A stretch of DNA of 63,913 bases, filler included, from an uncultured bacterium (GCA_964471275.1; 6 parts of 6 records of this genome joined end to end with filler, not necessarily neighbours in it), one strand, 5' to 3'; positions 28,874-39,787 are shown, numbered from the whole stretch's first letter. Notes: generated by a model from the sequence alone, not told the origin. Numbers and translations: made by a program.

Positions 28874-30652
28874 CTAATGACTGTGCCTGGGAATCACGTT
28901 CCTGACCTTCTGATACTTCACCGCCGGCTTCATCACCGCGCCATCCGACAATTGTGAAACCGTCGACCGATAGATCTCTTCCCACGGTGTCTGATTTTCC
29001 AGCACCTTCAATTCCAGGGCGCCCTTTCGTCGCTGGATCTCATCAGCATCTACCAGCACGTTGACCTCGCGCTTGTTGAGATCGACACGCACCTGATCCC
29101 CTGTCCGCAGGATTGCGAGGTTCCCGCCGACTGCTGCCTCAGGCGAGCAGTTCAGGATTGAGGGACTCGCCGATGTACCGCTTTGACGACCGTCTCCGAC
29201 GCACGGCAGCTCCGGGACACCCAGCCTTACGAGGCGGTCCGGTGGCAGCATGTTCACAACCTCGGCAGATCCGGGATATCCCATCGGTCCGCAGCCCCGA
29301 ACAAACAGGATACAGGTGTCATCGATGTCCAGGTCAGGGCCGTTGATCCGGTCGTGATAATCCTCCGGTCCCTCAAAGACAATCGCTCTACCTTCCCACG
29401 CATTCTCGTCACCGGGTGTCGAGAGATACTTCTTCCTGAAGTCCTCCCCGATCACTGAGGTCTTGATAAGACCAGAGTCAAAGATGTTGCCGCTCAGCAC
29501 AATGAACCCGGCGTTCTCTAAGAGTGGCTCATCATATGTCTTGATTACCCGCTCGTCCTTGATCTCCACGCCATCGAGGTTCTCGGCCATGGTCTTCCCG
29601 GTGACCGTCATACAGCCCCCGTCGATCTTCTCCTTCTTCAGGAGTTCGGACATCACGGAGGGCACCCCACCTGCCCGATAGAACATCTCGCCAAGCCATT
29701 CACCAGCGGGTTGGCAATTCACCAGCAGCGGGATGTCCGCCCCATGATTCTGGAAGTCATCGATCTCCAGGTGCACACCCACGTGCTTGGCGATCGCGAT
29801 CAGATGCGGCGGTGCGTTCGTCGATCCGCCGATCGCAGAGTTCAACACGATTGCATTCAGAAGCGCTTCACGCGTCAGGATCTTCGACGGGGTCAGGTCC
29901 TCCTTGACCATATCAACGATCCGCTTACCCGTGTAGTAGGCCATCTGGGCCCGTTCCCGGTAAGCAGCCGGTATTGCCGCGCAGCCAGTGAGAGACATGC
30001 CAAGCGCTTCAGCGAGCGAATTCATCGAAAGTGCCGTTCCCATAGTGTTGCAGTGACCGACACTCGGCGAAGAGGACACAACCATGTCCATGAACTCGTC
30101 GTAGTCGATTCTGTCCCCCGCAAACTCCTCACGGGCGTCCCACACAACTGTGCCCGACCCGACGAGAAGATTCTTCCAGTGGCCATCTAGCATGGGTCCA
30201 CCGGACAGAACGATCGAGGGGATATCCATCGTGGCAGCAGCCATGATGCACGCCGGAGTTGTCTTGTCACAGCCCGTCGTCAACACCACGCCGTCGATGG
30301 GGTATCCGTGCAGGATTTCCACGATTCCCAGATAGGCCAGATTGCGATCCAGCGCGGCAGTGGGTCGTTTCCCCTGCTCGGCGATCGGATGAACGGGAAA
30401 CTCGAAAGGAAAGCCACCCGCATCCCTGATCCCCTCCTTGATCCGCTGTGCCAGGAAGATGTGGTGCCGATTGCAGGGAGAAAGGTCATTCCCCGTTTGC
30501 GCGATCGCAATGATCGGCCGTCCAGACTGGAGCTCTTCACGTGTGATTCCATAGTTCATATACCGCTCGACATAGACGGCGGTCATCCCGGGATTATCGG
30601 GATTGTTGAACCACTCCTGTGACCTCAGATCTTTTGGCATATGCTCGCTCAT
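28874..30652 (-). CDS. xylD: IlvD/Edd family sugar-acid dehydratase, D-xylonate dehydratase-like
   Basis: RSQEWFNNPD..MTAVYVERYMNYG, PCN, TGCDKTTP, GHCNTMGTA, GDGRQSGTS and C-terminal PRHSH, as in XylD-type enzymes; AGGAG before ATG 30652. Confidence 0.85.
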   Translation of the reverse strand: MSEHMPKDLRSQEWFNNPDNPGMTAVYVERYMNYGITREELQSGRPIIAIAQTGNDLSPCNRHHIFLAQRIKEGIRDAGGFPFEFPVHPIAEQGKRPTAALDRNLAYLGIVEILHGYPIDGVVLTTGCDKTTPACIMAAATMDIPSIVLSGGPMLDGHWKNLLVGSGTVVWDAREEFAGDRIDYDEFMDMVVSSSPSVGHCNTMGTALSMNSLAEALGMSLTGCAAIPAAYRERAQMAYYTGKRIVDMVKEDLTPSKILTREALLNAIVLNSAIGGSTNAPPHLIAIAKHVGVHLEIDDFQNHGADIPLLVNCQPAGEWLGEMFYRAGGVPSVMSELLKKEKIDGGCMTVTGKTMAENLDGVEIKDERVIKTYDEPLLENAGFIVLSGNIFDSGLIKTSVIGEDFRKKYLSTPGDENAWEGRAIVFEGPEDYHDRINGPDLDIDDTCILFVRGCGPMGYPGSAEVVNMLPPDRLVRLGVPELPCVGDGRQSGTSASPSILNCSPEAAVGGNLAILRTGDQVRVDLNKREVNVLVDADEIQRRKGALELKVLENQTPWEEIYRSTVSQLSDGAVMKPAVKYQKVRNVIPRHSH

Positions 30653-30919
30653 CAAAGGACTCCTAGGGTTGTTCTGGCAGATATGCCTACATACTTGGGC
30701 GGCATAATTGCAAAATGCATCCCATCGCGCAAGCCAAACCAATGCACAGAGCGACGAATACGTCACGCGGATCTGCTGGGTCAATCGCTGGTTGTCGTCT
30801 CGCGACCTGGAGAATTTCAGGGGAATTCTAGAGGTTCTACAGTGAAGAAATATCTGGGATTTGCATATAAAAAAACACCCCAGGGAAACTCACGCCCAGC
30901 AGCACGCGACGACAACCCT

Positions 30920-31199
30920 TCAACTACCGATGCTTGCGATCGCCTCGGCTTCCGCGTCATAGAGACGACTCGTGTTGAACAGCCCCATGATCCCGAATGT
31001 CTTTCCGGTGGCCGGCGTCACGTTACAGAAGAAGACACTACCCCCTGCCAACCTGACCCTCTCGATAACTTCCATCAGAATCGAGATCCCGGCACACCTC
31101 AGCGATCGCCTCAGCGGCAGTGTTGTTAATGTAACCCTCAGTCACCACGACTGCCAGTCCGTCCTGCAGACGACTCTCTATGCTCAGATTTCCGGACAT
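30920..31199 (-). pseudogene. STAS anti-sigma factor antagonist (RsbV/SpoIIAA-like) with internal deletion
   Basis: MSGNLSIESR..GYINN..DSDG in one frame and EVIERVRLAGGSVFFCNVTPATGKTFGIMGL...* in another; the central segment is missing. Confidence 0.75.
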
Positions 31200-31207
31200 C
31201 CTTCCCC

Positions 31208-31470
31208 CTAGCGATGTTTGACAAGCGTGATCGCCGTCCCCTGAATCCATCCGGACTCAACACGAACTTCGTCCATAAGCTCCTCAATAATCTTCAACCC
31301 CCAACCCCGCTTTCCGTCGCCCTGTCGTCTCCCCTCGGAGACCTCTACTTGTGCTGCATCGACGTCGAACCCTCGCCCTGAGTCAGAGATCTTGCGGTCA
31401 GGGTGTCAGCATCAACCTTGAAATTGATTGTAACAACCTGATCCTTACTCTGATTGAGAGTCCTGATCAT
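31208..31470 (-). pseudogene. Anti-sigma factor Ser/Thr kinase (RsbW/SpoIIAB-like), 5'-truncated and frameshifted
   Basis: SKDQVVTINFKVDADTLT, then shifted KISDSGRGFD...RGWGLKIIEELMDEV...GTAITLVKHR*. Confidence 0.75.
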
Positions 31471-32516
31471 ACGCGCACCGAACGGGCTGTCCTTGCCGAG
31501 TCTACTTCCTTGAAGCAAAGCGCCAGCGCAGTCCTTGCGACATACCCCGACAGTTCGCGGCAAAACCGCCCGCTCTGGACCGCATCCACAGCAGCCTGAA
31601 TCTCCTTCGTGTAGGCAACAAGAGGGTTCCCGCTCCCGATACGAGGCCGCTTGACCTTCCGGTCAGCCGTCAGGACAGACAATGGCTGCGAAAGGTGGGG
31701 TTTACCACTGAGCGTCGCAAACTCATACAGCACGGTTGCCGTATCGAAGTAAACCTCAAATCCGTGCGCAAAGGGTCTTCCGCCCTGTGAAATCGCGCCG
31801 CCCGTGCACGTGATCGCCAACTCGGGCCGATCATCGTATCGATAGGTCGTCGCAAGATACGATGCATACTTCTGCTCGATCAATCGTCCTGTCGATGTCA
31901 CACGATCGGGCTTACCACAAGTAGTCGCGATAAAGTGCGTGTCGTGGATATGCAAGTCCACGCCTGGCCCCCCGCTACGAGCCATGTTCGTAAAATCGGC
32001 CGACCAGCCGGGCTGTGAGATAATCCGCTTGAAGTGGGCGCCGAGAAGTTGCCCGTAATCCTCGGATCGAACACACTCCGCAAGGAAGGCATAGGCCGGG
32101 AAGAACGGAAGCACGTGCGCAACCATAAGCAGACGTTCCGCCTTCTCTGCTTCCCGCAGCATCCGATCCGCATCCCTCAACGACAGGGCAATCGGTTTCT
32201 CCACCAGAACGTGCTTGCCCGCCCGGAGCGCCTGGATGGCCACACGACAGTGATCGGCAGTCGGGAGACAGATATCTACAAGATCGACTGCCGGGTCGTC
32301 TAGAAGCGTCTCGATGGAGGGATGGGTGGACACACGCTCTAGCGACTCCATCCCTCCGGGCCCACCAAGGTTGCCCTGTATCCCTCGCCAGTCGCCCGCC
32401 AGCTTCTTCGGGCTGCGTGTGCTGATGGCCGTTACACGGGCACCTCGCACCTTCCGGATCGCACGGTAATGCGTCATGCCCATGAACCCGATTCCCACTA
32501 CGCCGATTCCGACCAT
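31467..32516 (-). CDS. Gfo/Idh/MocA family oxidoreductase
   Basis: GIGVVGIGFMG, GKHVLVEKP and GGPGVDLHIHD motifs; ATG 32516 after GGGAG. Confidence 0.92.
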   Translation of the reverse strand: MVGIGVVGIGFMGMTHYRAIRKVRGARVTAISTRSPKKLAGDWRGIQGNLGGPGGMESLERVSTHPSIETLLDDPAVDLVDICLPTADHCRVAIQALRAGKHVLVEKPIALSLRDADRMLREAEKAERLLMVAHVLPFFPAYAFLAECVRSEDYGQLLGAHFKRIISQPGWSADFTNMARSGGPGVDLHIHDTHFIATTCGKPDRVTSTGRLIEQKYASYLATTYRYDDRPELAITCTGGAISQGGRPFAHGFEVYFDTATVLYEFATLSGKPHLSQPLSVLTADRKVKRPRIGSGNPLVAYTKEIQAAVDAVQSGRFCRELSGYVARTALALCFKEVDSARTARSVRV

Positions 32517-32651
32517 TCTCTGCTCCCATTGACATCCTGTTGTGTTGGGCCGCAATATAGCAGGCCCCCTGAGCGGCATCAAGCCTCCCCCCGCCCAGAT
32601 ATCCCGTATCGAGATGCGATCCGTATGCGGATCTGTTGTATATTTGGCTCT

Positions 32652-34070
32652 ATGAACCCATCCGGACAAAACACTAGAGAGTCCTTCCAAGGACACATTC
32701 AGGCCTATGTCGACAGGAAGGGACTCCTAACTCCGGGCGAGACAGTCATTGTCGCCGTATCCGGGGGGATGGATTCAGTCGTGCTCCTGGACGTCCTACG
32801 GTCGCTTGCTGCTGACCGGGATCTCCAGATCCACGTCGCTCACCTCAACCACGGTCTGAGGTCGGAAGACTCCGACTCAGATGAGAACTTTGTGGAGCAT
32901 CTTGCACAAGATCTGGGCCTCCCATTCCACACACGACGCACCGACTGTGGAGAGATCGCCGACCGGACAAGACGGTCGGTAGAAGTAGCCGCCAGGGACG
33001 AGAGACGTGCATTCCTGGGGGCCGTCGCCACGGAAATCGGTGCAACGAAGATTGCGACCGGACACCATTCGGATGACCAGGCAGAAACGATGCTACTCCG
33101 CCTCCTTCGGGGAACGGGAACGACGGGCCTTGGCGGCATCCGATCACGCAAAGACAGTGCGTGGATCCGTCCTTTCCTGACCGTAACACGTGATGAAATA
33201 GAGGCTTATGCCGATCGCAGCGGACTCGATTGGCGAATCGACTCGACCAACTTCAATGTTGATATCCCCCGAAACCGGGTAAGACACCAGCTTCTCCCTG
33301 TTCTGAGATCAGATTATGGACCTCACGTAGCCGAGGTGTTGAGCAGAACGGCCGAGATCGTAGAATCGGATGATGATCTCCTCGAGTCAATCACGCTAGA
33401 CGCTTCAAAAACTGTAATTTGCGCACATTCTCATCGGAAGATTGCGCTTGATGAGGCGTGTTTTTTCGGTTATCATGTAGCCGTTCAGAGACGGCTGATT
33501 CGGGGTCTGTTAACCCGGCTTGGGCTGGACCCTCGAAAGATCGAATTCCGGCTTATCGACCGTCTCCTGACCCGGTTCGGACGAGGACCGGGCACAATGG
33601 AGGTTTCACCCAATATGACCGCCTGCTCCACCGGGCGGCTGATTCTTTTGGGGACCAACGCACCGTGCTTCGAGGAACAGATCGAACCGGGCCCCAACCG
33701 GATTGAATCCATCGACGCGGAACTCCGAGTCGACAACGTATCGCGACCTGATTTTCCAGAGAATCTGGCCGAAACATCGCCGTATGAACTGTGGTTCGAT
33801 CGAGAGGGCCTCCCCCAAGACCTGGTCCTGAGAAAAGCAAGACCGGGGGATCGGATCAGGCCCTTTGGCTCTGCCGGGTCGACAAAGGTCAGCGACGTGC
33901 TGATCGATCGTAAAGTCCCTTGCCTTATCAGAGATGAAATCCCGGTTCTGGCAGATCGGGACGAGGTTCTCTGGATCGTGGGAATCCGAGCGAGCGAGAA
34001 GAGCAGGATTCTCGAATCATCCAACCAGGCCGTCCGATTCCAGTTTAGTGGGTGTTGGCGGCAATTCTAC
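32652..34070 (+). CDS. tilS: tRNA(Ile)-lysidine synthase, 3' end cut by the contig edge
   Basis: AVSGGMDS PP-loop, HLNHGLR, GHHSDDQAET, RNRVR and TilS_C domain (PGDRIRPFG..KVSDVLID.K.P). Confidence 0.95.
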
Positions 34071-34170
34071 NNNNNNNNNNNNNNNNNNNNNNNNNNNNNN
34101 NNNNNNNNNNNNNNTTAATTAATTAANNNNNNNNNNNNNNNNNNNNNNNNNNNNNNNNNNNNNNNNNNNN
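34071..34170. other. Artificial contig linker
   Basis: N44-TTAATTAATTAA-N44. Confidence 0.99.
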
Positions 34171-35167
34171 CCTGTAGACAATCCGGCACCGGAATGCCAC
34201 ACGCACCCAGCAGACTTGGTACGAGATCGATAGCGCCGAAAAACGCATCACTTCTGGAGCCTTCAGGCGTATGGCCCGGCCACCGGATCACGAACGGAAC
34301 GTGGATCGACTCCTCGTACGGCGTAGACTTCGACGCGCGCATCGAATGATGCATCCAACTGTCGAACGGCTTGCCGTATCCGTGGCTCGACAGGTGATCA
34401 CCGTGATCCGACGTGTAGACAACGATGGTGTTGTCCTCTACGCCAAGCCGCTTCAGTCCCTCGAGCAGGCGTCCCATCTCCGTATCCAGACCAGTGCAGC
34501 ATCCGTAGTAGTCTGCAATTTCGCACCGAGCGAAATCAGCCATCTGTAGCGGCACGTTCCCCGGCAGATCCATATCGGCAGGATCATACCGGTCATAGTC
34601 GTTCAGATACGATTTATATGGCCAGTGCGGGGGCCGCCACGAAAGGAACAGTGCGAAGGGATCGTCCGGCCGTTTCTCGAGATGCCGTTCCACGAATTGC
34701 ATAGACAGGTCTGTCTCAACCGATGGTGCCCACCCGTCATACCTTGTCGGTCCCGTGTCGTTTTCATAATAGCTGCGATCGAAATAGCCCGGCCCGTCGT
34801 GTAGGGCCGCCAGGTAGTCCAGACCGTATCGATCCACTTCGGGATATGGTCCTTTGCCCAGGTGGAACGTGCCAATGTGCGCTGTCCCATAGCCGTGGTC
34901 CCGCAATATGTCAGGAAGCGTCGGTATATCGCGTCTCGGTCGGTATTCGTTGTCGATCACGCCGCTCCGCCAGCCATACTGCCCTGTCAGCAGAATCGCG
35001 CGATACGGTGAACAGAGCGGGTGATTCGAGAAGAACTGATCGCAGACCATGCCCTCTGATGCCATCGTGTCCAGGACAGGAGTCTGGATGACCTGGTTCC
35101 CGTTTGCTCCCAATGCGCTGTAGCGCTGCTGATCCGAGAAGACAAATAGAATGTTGGGCTGTTTCAT
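34171..35167 (-). CDS. Sulfatase, 3' partial
   Basis: PNILFVFSDQ, CSPYRAILLTG, PPH, TSDHG and YEESIHVP motifs. Confidence 0.92.
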
Positions 35168-35188
35168 GTTTGCAGCTCCGTTTGGATC

Positions 35189-36019
35189 CTACCCCTGACC
35201 GTATTCTGTCCACAGGTTCTCGATTCGGTCTGGCATCAGCGACCCGTCGTGCAGTACAAGCCGATATCGATACAGCATCGTTTCACCCGCACCGAGTTGG
35301 ATTTCTCCCGGGATACACGGTGCGGGATTGATGCCCCTTTGGCCATCGACACGCCAGTGCGCCGGATGACTGGGGTTTCCAGGATGATCGAGCAACGCGA
35401 TCCCCCCTCTGACATCCCCTCGGTTGACTGGCATTTGCAGATCGACCCACGCTGCGGCCTGCTGCTCGGTCGCATCGTTCGTCAGACCCGTCGAACTGAT
35501 CACCGTGGCAACTTGGTCTGACCGGAAGGGCATGCGTACAAAGAAACCACCATACGATCCCTGGCCGATCGTCACATCCGGAATGGCCCGTGTCTTCCAC
35601 TCCAGATCCAGAAACAGGACTTCACCGGCCTCCCTGAGAAACCACGTCTGCCTTTCGTCCAGTAACTCGGAACCGTCAGCGTGACGCCACTTCGCCTCGA
35701 TCGACCATCTGGGTGGGTCTTCGCTCAACACCTTAGGTATCGCAGGTTCGATCGTACCAATGACTGCCTTCGCGTTCTGGCCTGGATCAAACCAGAAATC
35801 GCACCCGTTCACCCCGTGGAAGCCAGTCTGAATTCCGTGTTGCCAGGGATGATGCCAGGGACTGTCTTCGGTCAGACAGGACTGTCCGTCAACACCCCTC
35901 AAAGGATGGATATAGGGCCGCATCCCCGGCCGCGCATTCTGCTGCAGAACGATGCGTCCTGATTCTGTCTCATCAACAAATAAACAGCTGTTCACTACTC
36001 TGACGCTCCACCTTGCCAC
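35189..36019 (-). CDS. DUF6807 (PmoA-annotated) family protein; start uncertain
   Basis: RPYIHPL, HHPWQHG, DFW, YGGFFVR and LDHPGNP motifs. Confidence 0.75.
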   Translation of the reverse strand: MARWSVRVVNSCLFVDETESGRIVLQQNARPGMRPYIHPLRGVDGQSCLTEDSPWHHPWQHGIQTGFHGVNGCDFWFDPGQNAKAVIGTIEPAIPKVLSEDPPRWSIEAKWRHADGSELLDERQTWFLREAGEVLFLDLEWKTRAIPDVTIGQGSYGGFFVRMPFRSDQVATVISSTGLTNDATEQQAAAWVDLQMPVNRGDVRGGIALLDHPGNPSHPAHWRVDGQRGINPAPCIPGEIQLGAGETMLYRYRLVLHDGSLMPDRIENLWTEYGQG

Positions 36020-36078
36020 AACGATCTCCTCACACGAGTTGGATCCTCATCCGGATGCCTGACGGCATCAAACAACAT

Positions 36079-37365
36079 CTAGCCGAAGTCGTAGGGCATC
36101 AAATCCGCAGTCCCCTGCCACACGACACCATCGTGTCCGATCGACTTCGCCTCGCTCACGATCCCTTCACTCGTCTCCCTCCCCCACCCCACACCGTGAA
36201 TGATCGGATACGACGGCACCCCATCCGGCAGGAGCAATTTCGCCTTCACCAGATCCCGCATCACGAGATCTGTCGTAGGAATCCGATCCGCGAGCGTCGC
36301 CGCATCCTCAGCGCCGAACGCCCTGATCGTCTCGGGCAGTTCCATCCCGTCATATCCCAAAAACCGATACACGACCTGCAGCGCGTCCTCTTCGCTCAGG
36401 TTCGGGATCTCTGCCTGCAGAAACGACGCCCACTCGATAAGCGTGTTGCAGACAAACGCAGAGATATGGGAGACAAGCGGACTCGCAAAGTCGGCCATCT
36501 GATTCCATCGACGGTAGTCGTGTCCTGCCGTCATCGCCATCGACGCCGGATACGTGTCGGTACCGAATCGCGTATCAGGCGAGGCTGCGTGAACGGCCAA
36601 CCGGAAGCGCATCAGATTTTGGACTACGAGATCGCACCTAAATTGAACCCAATCCAGCACTCCAGAACGCAAACTGAGTGCGTGCACGACATCGAAGAAC
36701 CCGATCCCCAATCGGGCGACATCCCCGAGTCGCTTTCCGTCGAGCTTCCTCAGACTCGCTCGGGCATCTTTGAGCGAAGCAATCATTTCATCCATATCGT
36801 AGCCAAGATTGCCCGCCTCTGCCCGGCAGTGGGAACAAGTACATCCGAACAATCCAAGGGGGAAGCTTCCCATCGGATAGCGGAAGTGAGTGATGTTGAG
36901 CGCATCCAGCTCGTATTCGGTTGCCCAATGGACACACGCGGCTTCCAACCAGTCGCGGGTATCAGGCCTGGCGGGACAGAACATCAGCCGTCGGATCGTC
37001 CAGGCCCCGCCGTATGTCCACACATTCAGCCCGGCACCCCTGAGCTGTTCGACCGCCTTCCGGAATGTGGCGTCATCTCCCTTGGCCGAAACCCCGGGAC
37101 CACACAGCGCTTGTGCCTGCTCGTACTCCCGTGGATCGACCGGTCGGCCATCGAAGTGCCTTAGAATCAACTCCACAACTTGATCATCTGTCGGCGTCTT
37201 GCCCCCGTACGGACTCAGCTTCATCACCTCATCGGACATCTCCCCCGTGAAGCCCAGCACCACCGTATTCAGCCCGATCTCATCCCGCAATCGCGTAACA
37301 TAGTCCGGATGCTCCAGCACCACGTTCGTCGTCAGGTAGATTCCTGTCAGCCAGCTGTCCGACAT
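36079..37365 (-). CDS. Glycoside hydrolase-like TIM-barrel hypothetical protein
   Basis: FCPARP..RDWL, YELDALNITHFRYP and GCTCSHC motifs resemble DUF187/GHL-type barrels; GAGG RBS. Confidence 0.65.
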   Translation of the reverse strand: MSDSWLTGIYLTTNVVLEHPDYVTRLRDEIGLNTVVLGFTGEMSDEVMKLSPYGGKTPTDDQVVELILRHFDGRPVDPREYEQAQALCGPGVSAKGDDATFRKAVEQLRGAGLNVWTYGGAWTIRRLMFCPARPDTRDWLEAACVHWATEYELDALNITHFRYPMGSFPLGLFGCTCSHCRAEAGNLGYDMDEMIASLKDARASLRKLDGKRLGDVARLGIGFFDVVHALSLRSGVLDWVQFRCDLVVQNLMRFRLAVHAASPDTRFGTDTYPASMAMTAGHDYRRWNQMADFASPLVSHISAFVCNTLIEWASFLQAEIPNLSEEDALQVVYRFLGYDGMELPETIRAFGAEDAATLADRIPTTDLVMRDLVKAKLLLPDGVPSYPIIHGVGWGRETSEGIVSEAKSIGHDGVVWQGTADLMPYDFG

Positions 37366-37415
37366 CGCAACCTCGGTTTCTATGAGTCTTCGTGGATTCG
37401 CGGTTACCCTGTTAG

Positions 37416-38414
37416 TCAGAACCGCGTCTGTTCATACCGGTCCAGATCCATCGCCACCCCCAATGCACCCGCCTCCTCCACCAGCATCTCACATTGGTCA
37501 TCCCCCATCGGAATGCCTCTCTCCCAATATTCACACTCCCAATGCCATTCATTCCCGCCCGCCAGTTCCGCGCTTGCCATCCCCGGCAAAGCCTGCATCT
37601 CCCGCGCAGACCCAACGAACCGGTCCATCTCACGCTTCAACTCATTCACAGACATAAAGTGCGCAACATCGACTACAACGATGAAGGCCCCCTGGTTCGA
37701 TTCCCACTCTGATGACGCACGATCCTCACTGTAGACCCCTGGAAAGACGGCCCCAAGACTGCGCACGGCTGCACTTAGTGCCATTGCCTTGAAGATGCTC
37801 TTGGGAAGTTGTGCATAAAGATCTTCATCGAACCGCATCAACCCACCACCCATATCCATCACCACCGGAGGCTGCTCGCCCGCGGGAATCGCCATGCTGA
37901 GGGGCGATGAATCCACGACATTGGCAATCGGGCTTTCGGGCTTCAGAAAAGTGCGGTGTCCCGACATCGATATCCCGATACAGTCGTGCTCGACGGCCAA
38001 CCGTGTGTAGTTTCCGGCGGACCCAAAGTGATGATGATTGCTCGTCGTCAGCGCGGCCACCCCCGTGGCCTTCGCTTTCTCGATGATCCTTTCCGTGCCT
38101 CGATAGCACGGGAAATAGCCGAGCCCCCCGTCACCGTCCAGAACGAGCGCGCTTGGCGCCTCGGTGACCACCGTAACTTCCGGAGCCGGATTGACAGCTC
38201 CGACCCTGATACGTTCCAAATAGTGAGGGATCTGCCCCGTCCCGTGACTGTAGATACAGCGTTGGTTGTTTCTCGCCAGTATTGTCGCCAGCAATCCGGC
38301 ATCCTCGGCAGACATTCCGACCTTCTCGAATATCAGAGCGACCAATTGCCGAAGATCGTCGTAGGGGATCCGGATACCGTGTTCAGGGGGGTAGTTGCGC
38401 CGATTCAGATTCAT
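37416..38414 (-). CDS. Ldh_2 family oxidoreductase (type 2 malate/L-lactate/sulfolactate dehydrogenase)
   Basis: YSHG, LDGDGGLG, NHHHFGSAGNY, PLSMAIP and VVMDM motifs. Confidence 0.88.
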   Translation of the reverse strand: MNLNRRNYPPEHGIRIPYDDLRQLVALIFEKVGMSAEDAGLLATILARNNQRCIYSHGTGQIPHYLERIRVGAVNPAPEVTVVTEAPSALVLDGDGGLGYFPCYRGTERIIEKAKATGVAALTTSNHHHFGSAGNYTRLAVEHDCIGISMSGHRTFLKPESPIANVVDSSPLSMAIPAGEQPPVVMDMGGGLMRFDEDLYAQLPKSIFKAMALSAAVRSLGAVFPGVYSEDRASSEWESNQGAFIVVVDVAHFMSVNELKREMDRFVGSAREMQALPGMASAELAGGNEWHWECEYWERGIPMGDDQCEMLVEEAGALGVAMDLDRYEQTRF

Positions 38415-38477
38415 GAAACCATTCCCATATACCCGGAAGCCCAGGTCCCTCTTTCCTGACGTTGATACCTACATCTT

Positions 38478-38530
38478 CAGACCTGGGGCTGCCGCACCAG
38501 GCTATTCGCGGTCGCCCCTTGCGGGTCTGG
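38478..38530. repeat. REP-like element
   Basis: CAGACC-TGGGGCTGCCGCACCAGG-CTATTCGCGGTCGCCCCTTGCG-GGTCTG with complementary ends and an inner hairpin. Confidence 0.4.
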
Positions 38531-38680
38531 AACGCATGATCTTCCTGAAGTTCATAGCATCCTCCTGACCCGCCGCCGCAGCTCGCAGAACGCAGGATGC
38601 CCATCCCTCTATCAAATCAGGATTCGTCCTACCCTCCGTGTCCTCTGCTGTTCCATCTTCCACTCCCTCGAGTCCAGCAC

Positions 38681-39406
38681 CTACGGCGACGCCTCTGTCC
38701 CCAGTCTGCAGAATGCCTCGGCGACATCACTCGTCTTCATGTTGGCCGTTATCTGCGCCTCGATGGCCCGATACCGTCCGATGATTTCGTATCGACCGGG
38801 CAACTCGGGCTGCGACGCGAGTGCCTTCAATGCCTCAACCTTGCGCTCCCAGACTCCCGTGATATCGACATAGAGATTCGGTACAAATTTCGCGACAGGC
38901 GTAATCCCGGCGATCGGCTCGTAGCAGACGATTTCTGGGGCGGGGCAGGGCGGGTGGGCAGTCTTGATGCCCGGCCGAAAGCAATATCGGCTCGCCCAGA
39001 TCACCGCATTGACGGCTTCAACGTGATCGGGGTGGAGGTAGTCGTTCAGCCAGTGGCAAAGCACGAGGTCCGGCTGGAAGGCACGGATGACTTCCAGGAT
39101 CTGTGCACGACGCTCCGGGCCGATGAGAAGTGGGCTGTCATCGTAATCCAGGCATTCGATCGGTACTTCGAGGATGCTCGCTGCCGCCTGAATCTCTTCG
39201 CGGCGGATGTCCTTCACTTCGTCTACTGATATATCCGGGTTCTCATTCCATAGCAGCGGCGACTCACATCTCTCGCCGTAGCTCAGATCATAGACCTTGA
39301 CCTCGCTCCCGGAATCCACAAACCGGAGAACCGCACCACCTGCTCGCGAGCAAAAGTCTGCCGAGTGCGCACTGAACACCAGAACGCGCCTTCCTGATCG
39401 AACCAT
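38681..39406 (-). CDS. PIG-L family protein, GalB (4-oxalomesaconate hydratase)-like
   Basis: SAHSADF (instead of the deacetylase HPDD), LSYGERCES.LW, RREE..AA.IL, HPDH and YVDITGVWERK; ATG 39406 after GGAGAGG. Confidence 0.8.
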   Translation of the reverse strand: MVRSGRRVLVFSAHSADFCSRAGGAVLRFVDSGSEVKVYDLSYGERCESPLLWNENPDISVDEVKDIRREEIQAAASILEVPIECLDYDDSPLLIGPERRAQILEVIRAFQPDLVLCHWLNDYLHPDHVEAVNAVIWASRYCFRPGIKTAHPPCPAPEIVCYEPIAGITPVAKFVPNLYVDITGVWERKVEALKALASQPELPGRYEIIGRYRAIEAQITANMKTSDVAEAFCRLGTEASP

Positions 39407-39787
39407 ATCGCCTCTCCTTGCTGCAATGTTACCGACCCGCTCCTCGACTACAGCGTCCCTCCTGGGTCTCCACAATTCTCATCGCACGCGTCATACACAG
39501 ACATTCGCGGACCCTTGATCTCGAGTGACTACCAGATCCGACTGCAAACCGGTACCTGAGGCAGGATGCAGAGCGAATGGAATTGCGTCAATAGTTGCCG
39601 ATATCTATTGGGCGGCAGATTCGCTATCTTGATCCCTGTAGAAGACACACCGGACAGCACCTCGATCTTCCATCAATGCTCATTCGCGCCTGCCCCACCG
39701 ACTCGTCCCCCAATGCCACTGGGCAAAGGTTGGGGCAAACACGTAGAGCAATGTCTATTTGAATAACCAAATTCGGTAGGGATATCT

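Noticed and set aside
35189..36019. PmoA-type label implying methane oxidation
   Set aside because: Soluble DUF6807-type protein in a sugar-catabolic context; no TM helices and no pmoB/pmoC.
36013..37164. 383-aa plus-strand ORF, and other long antisense ORFs such as 6301-7200 and 48338-49303
   Set aside because: They shadow well-supported opposite-strand genes and have low-information, Arg/Pro-rich translations.
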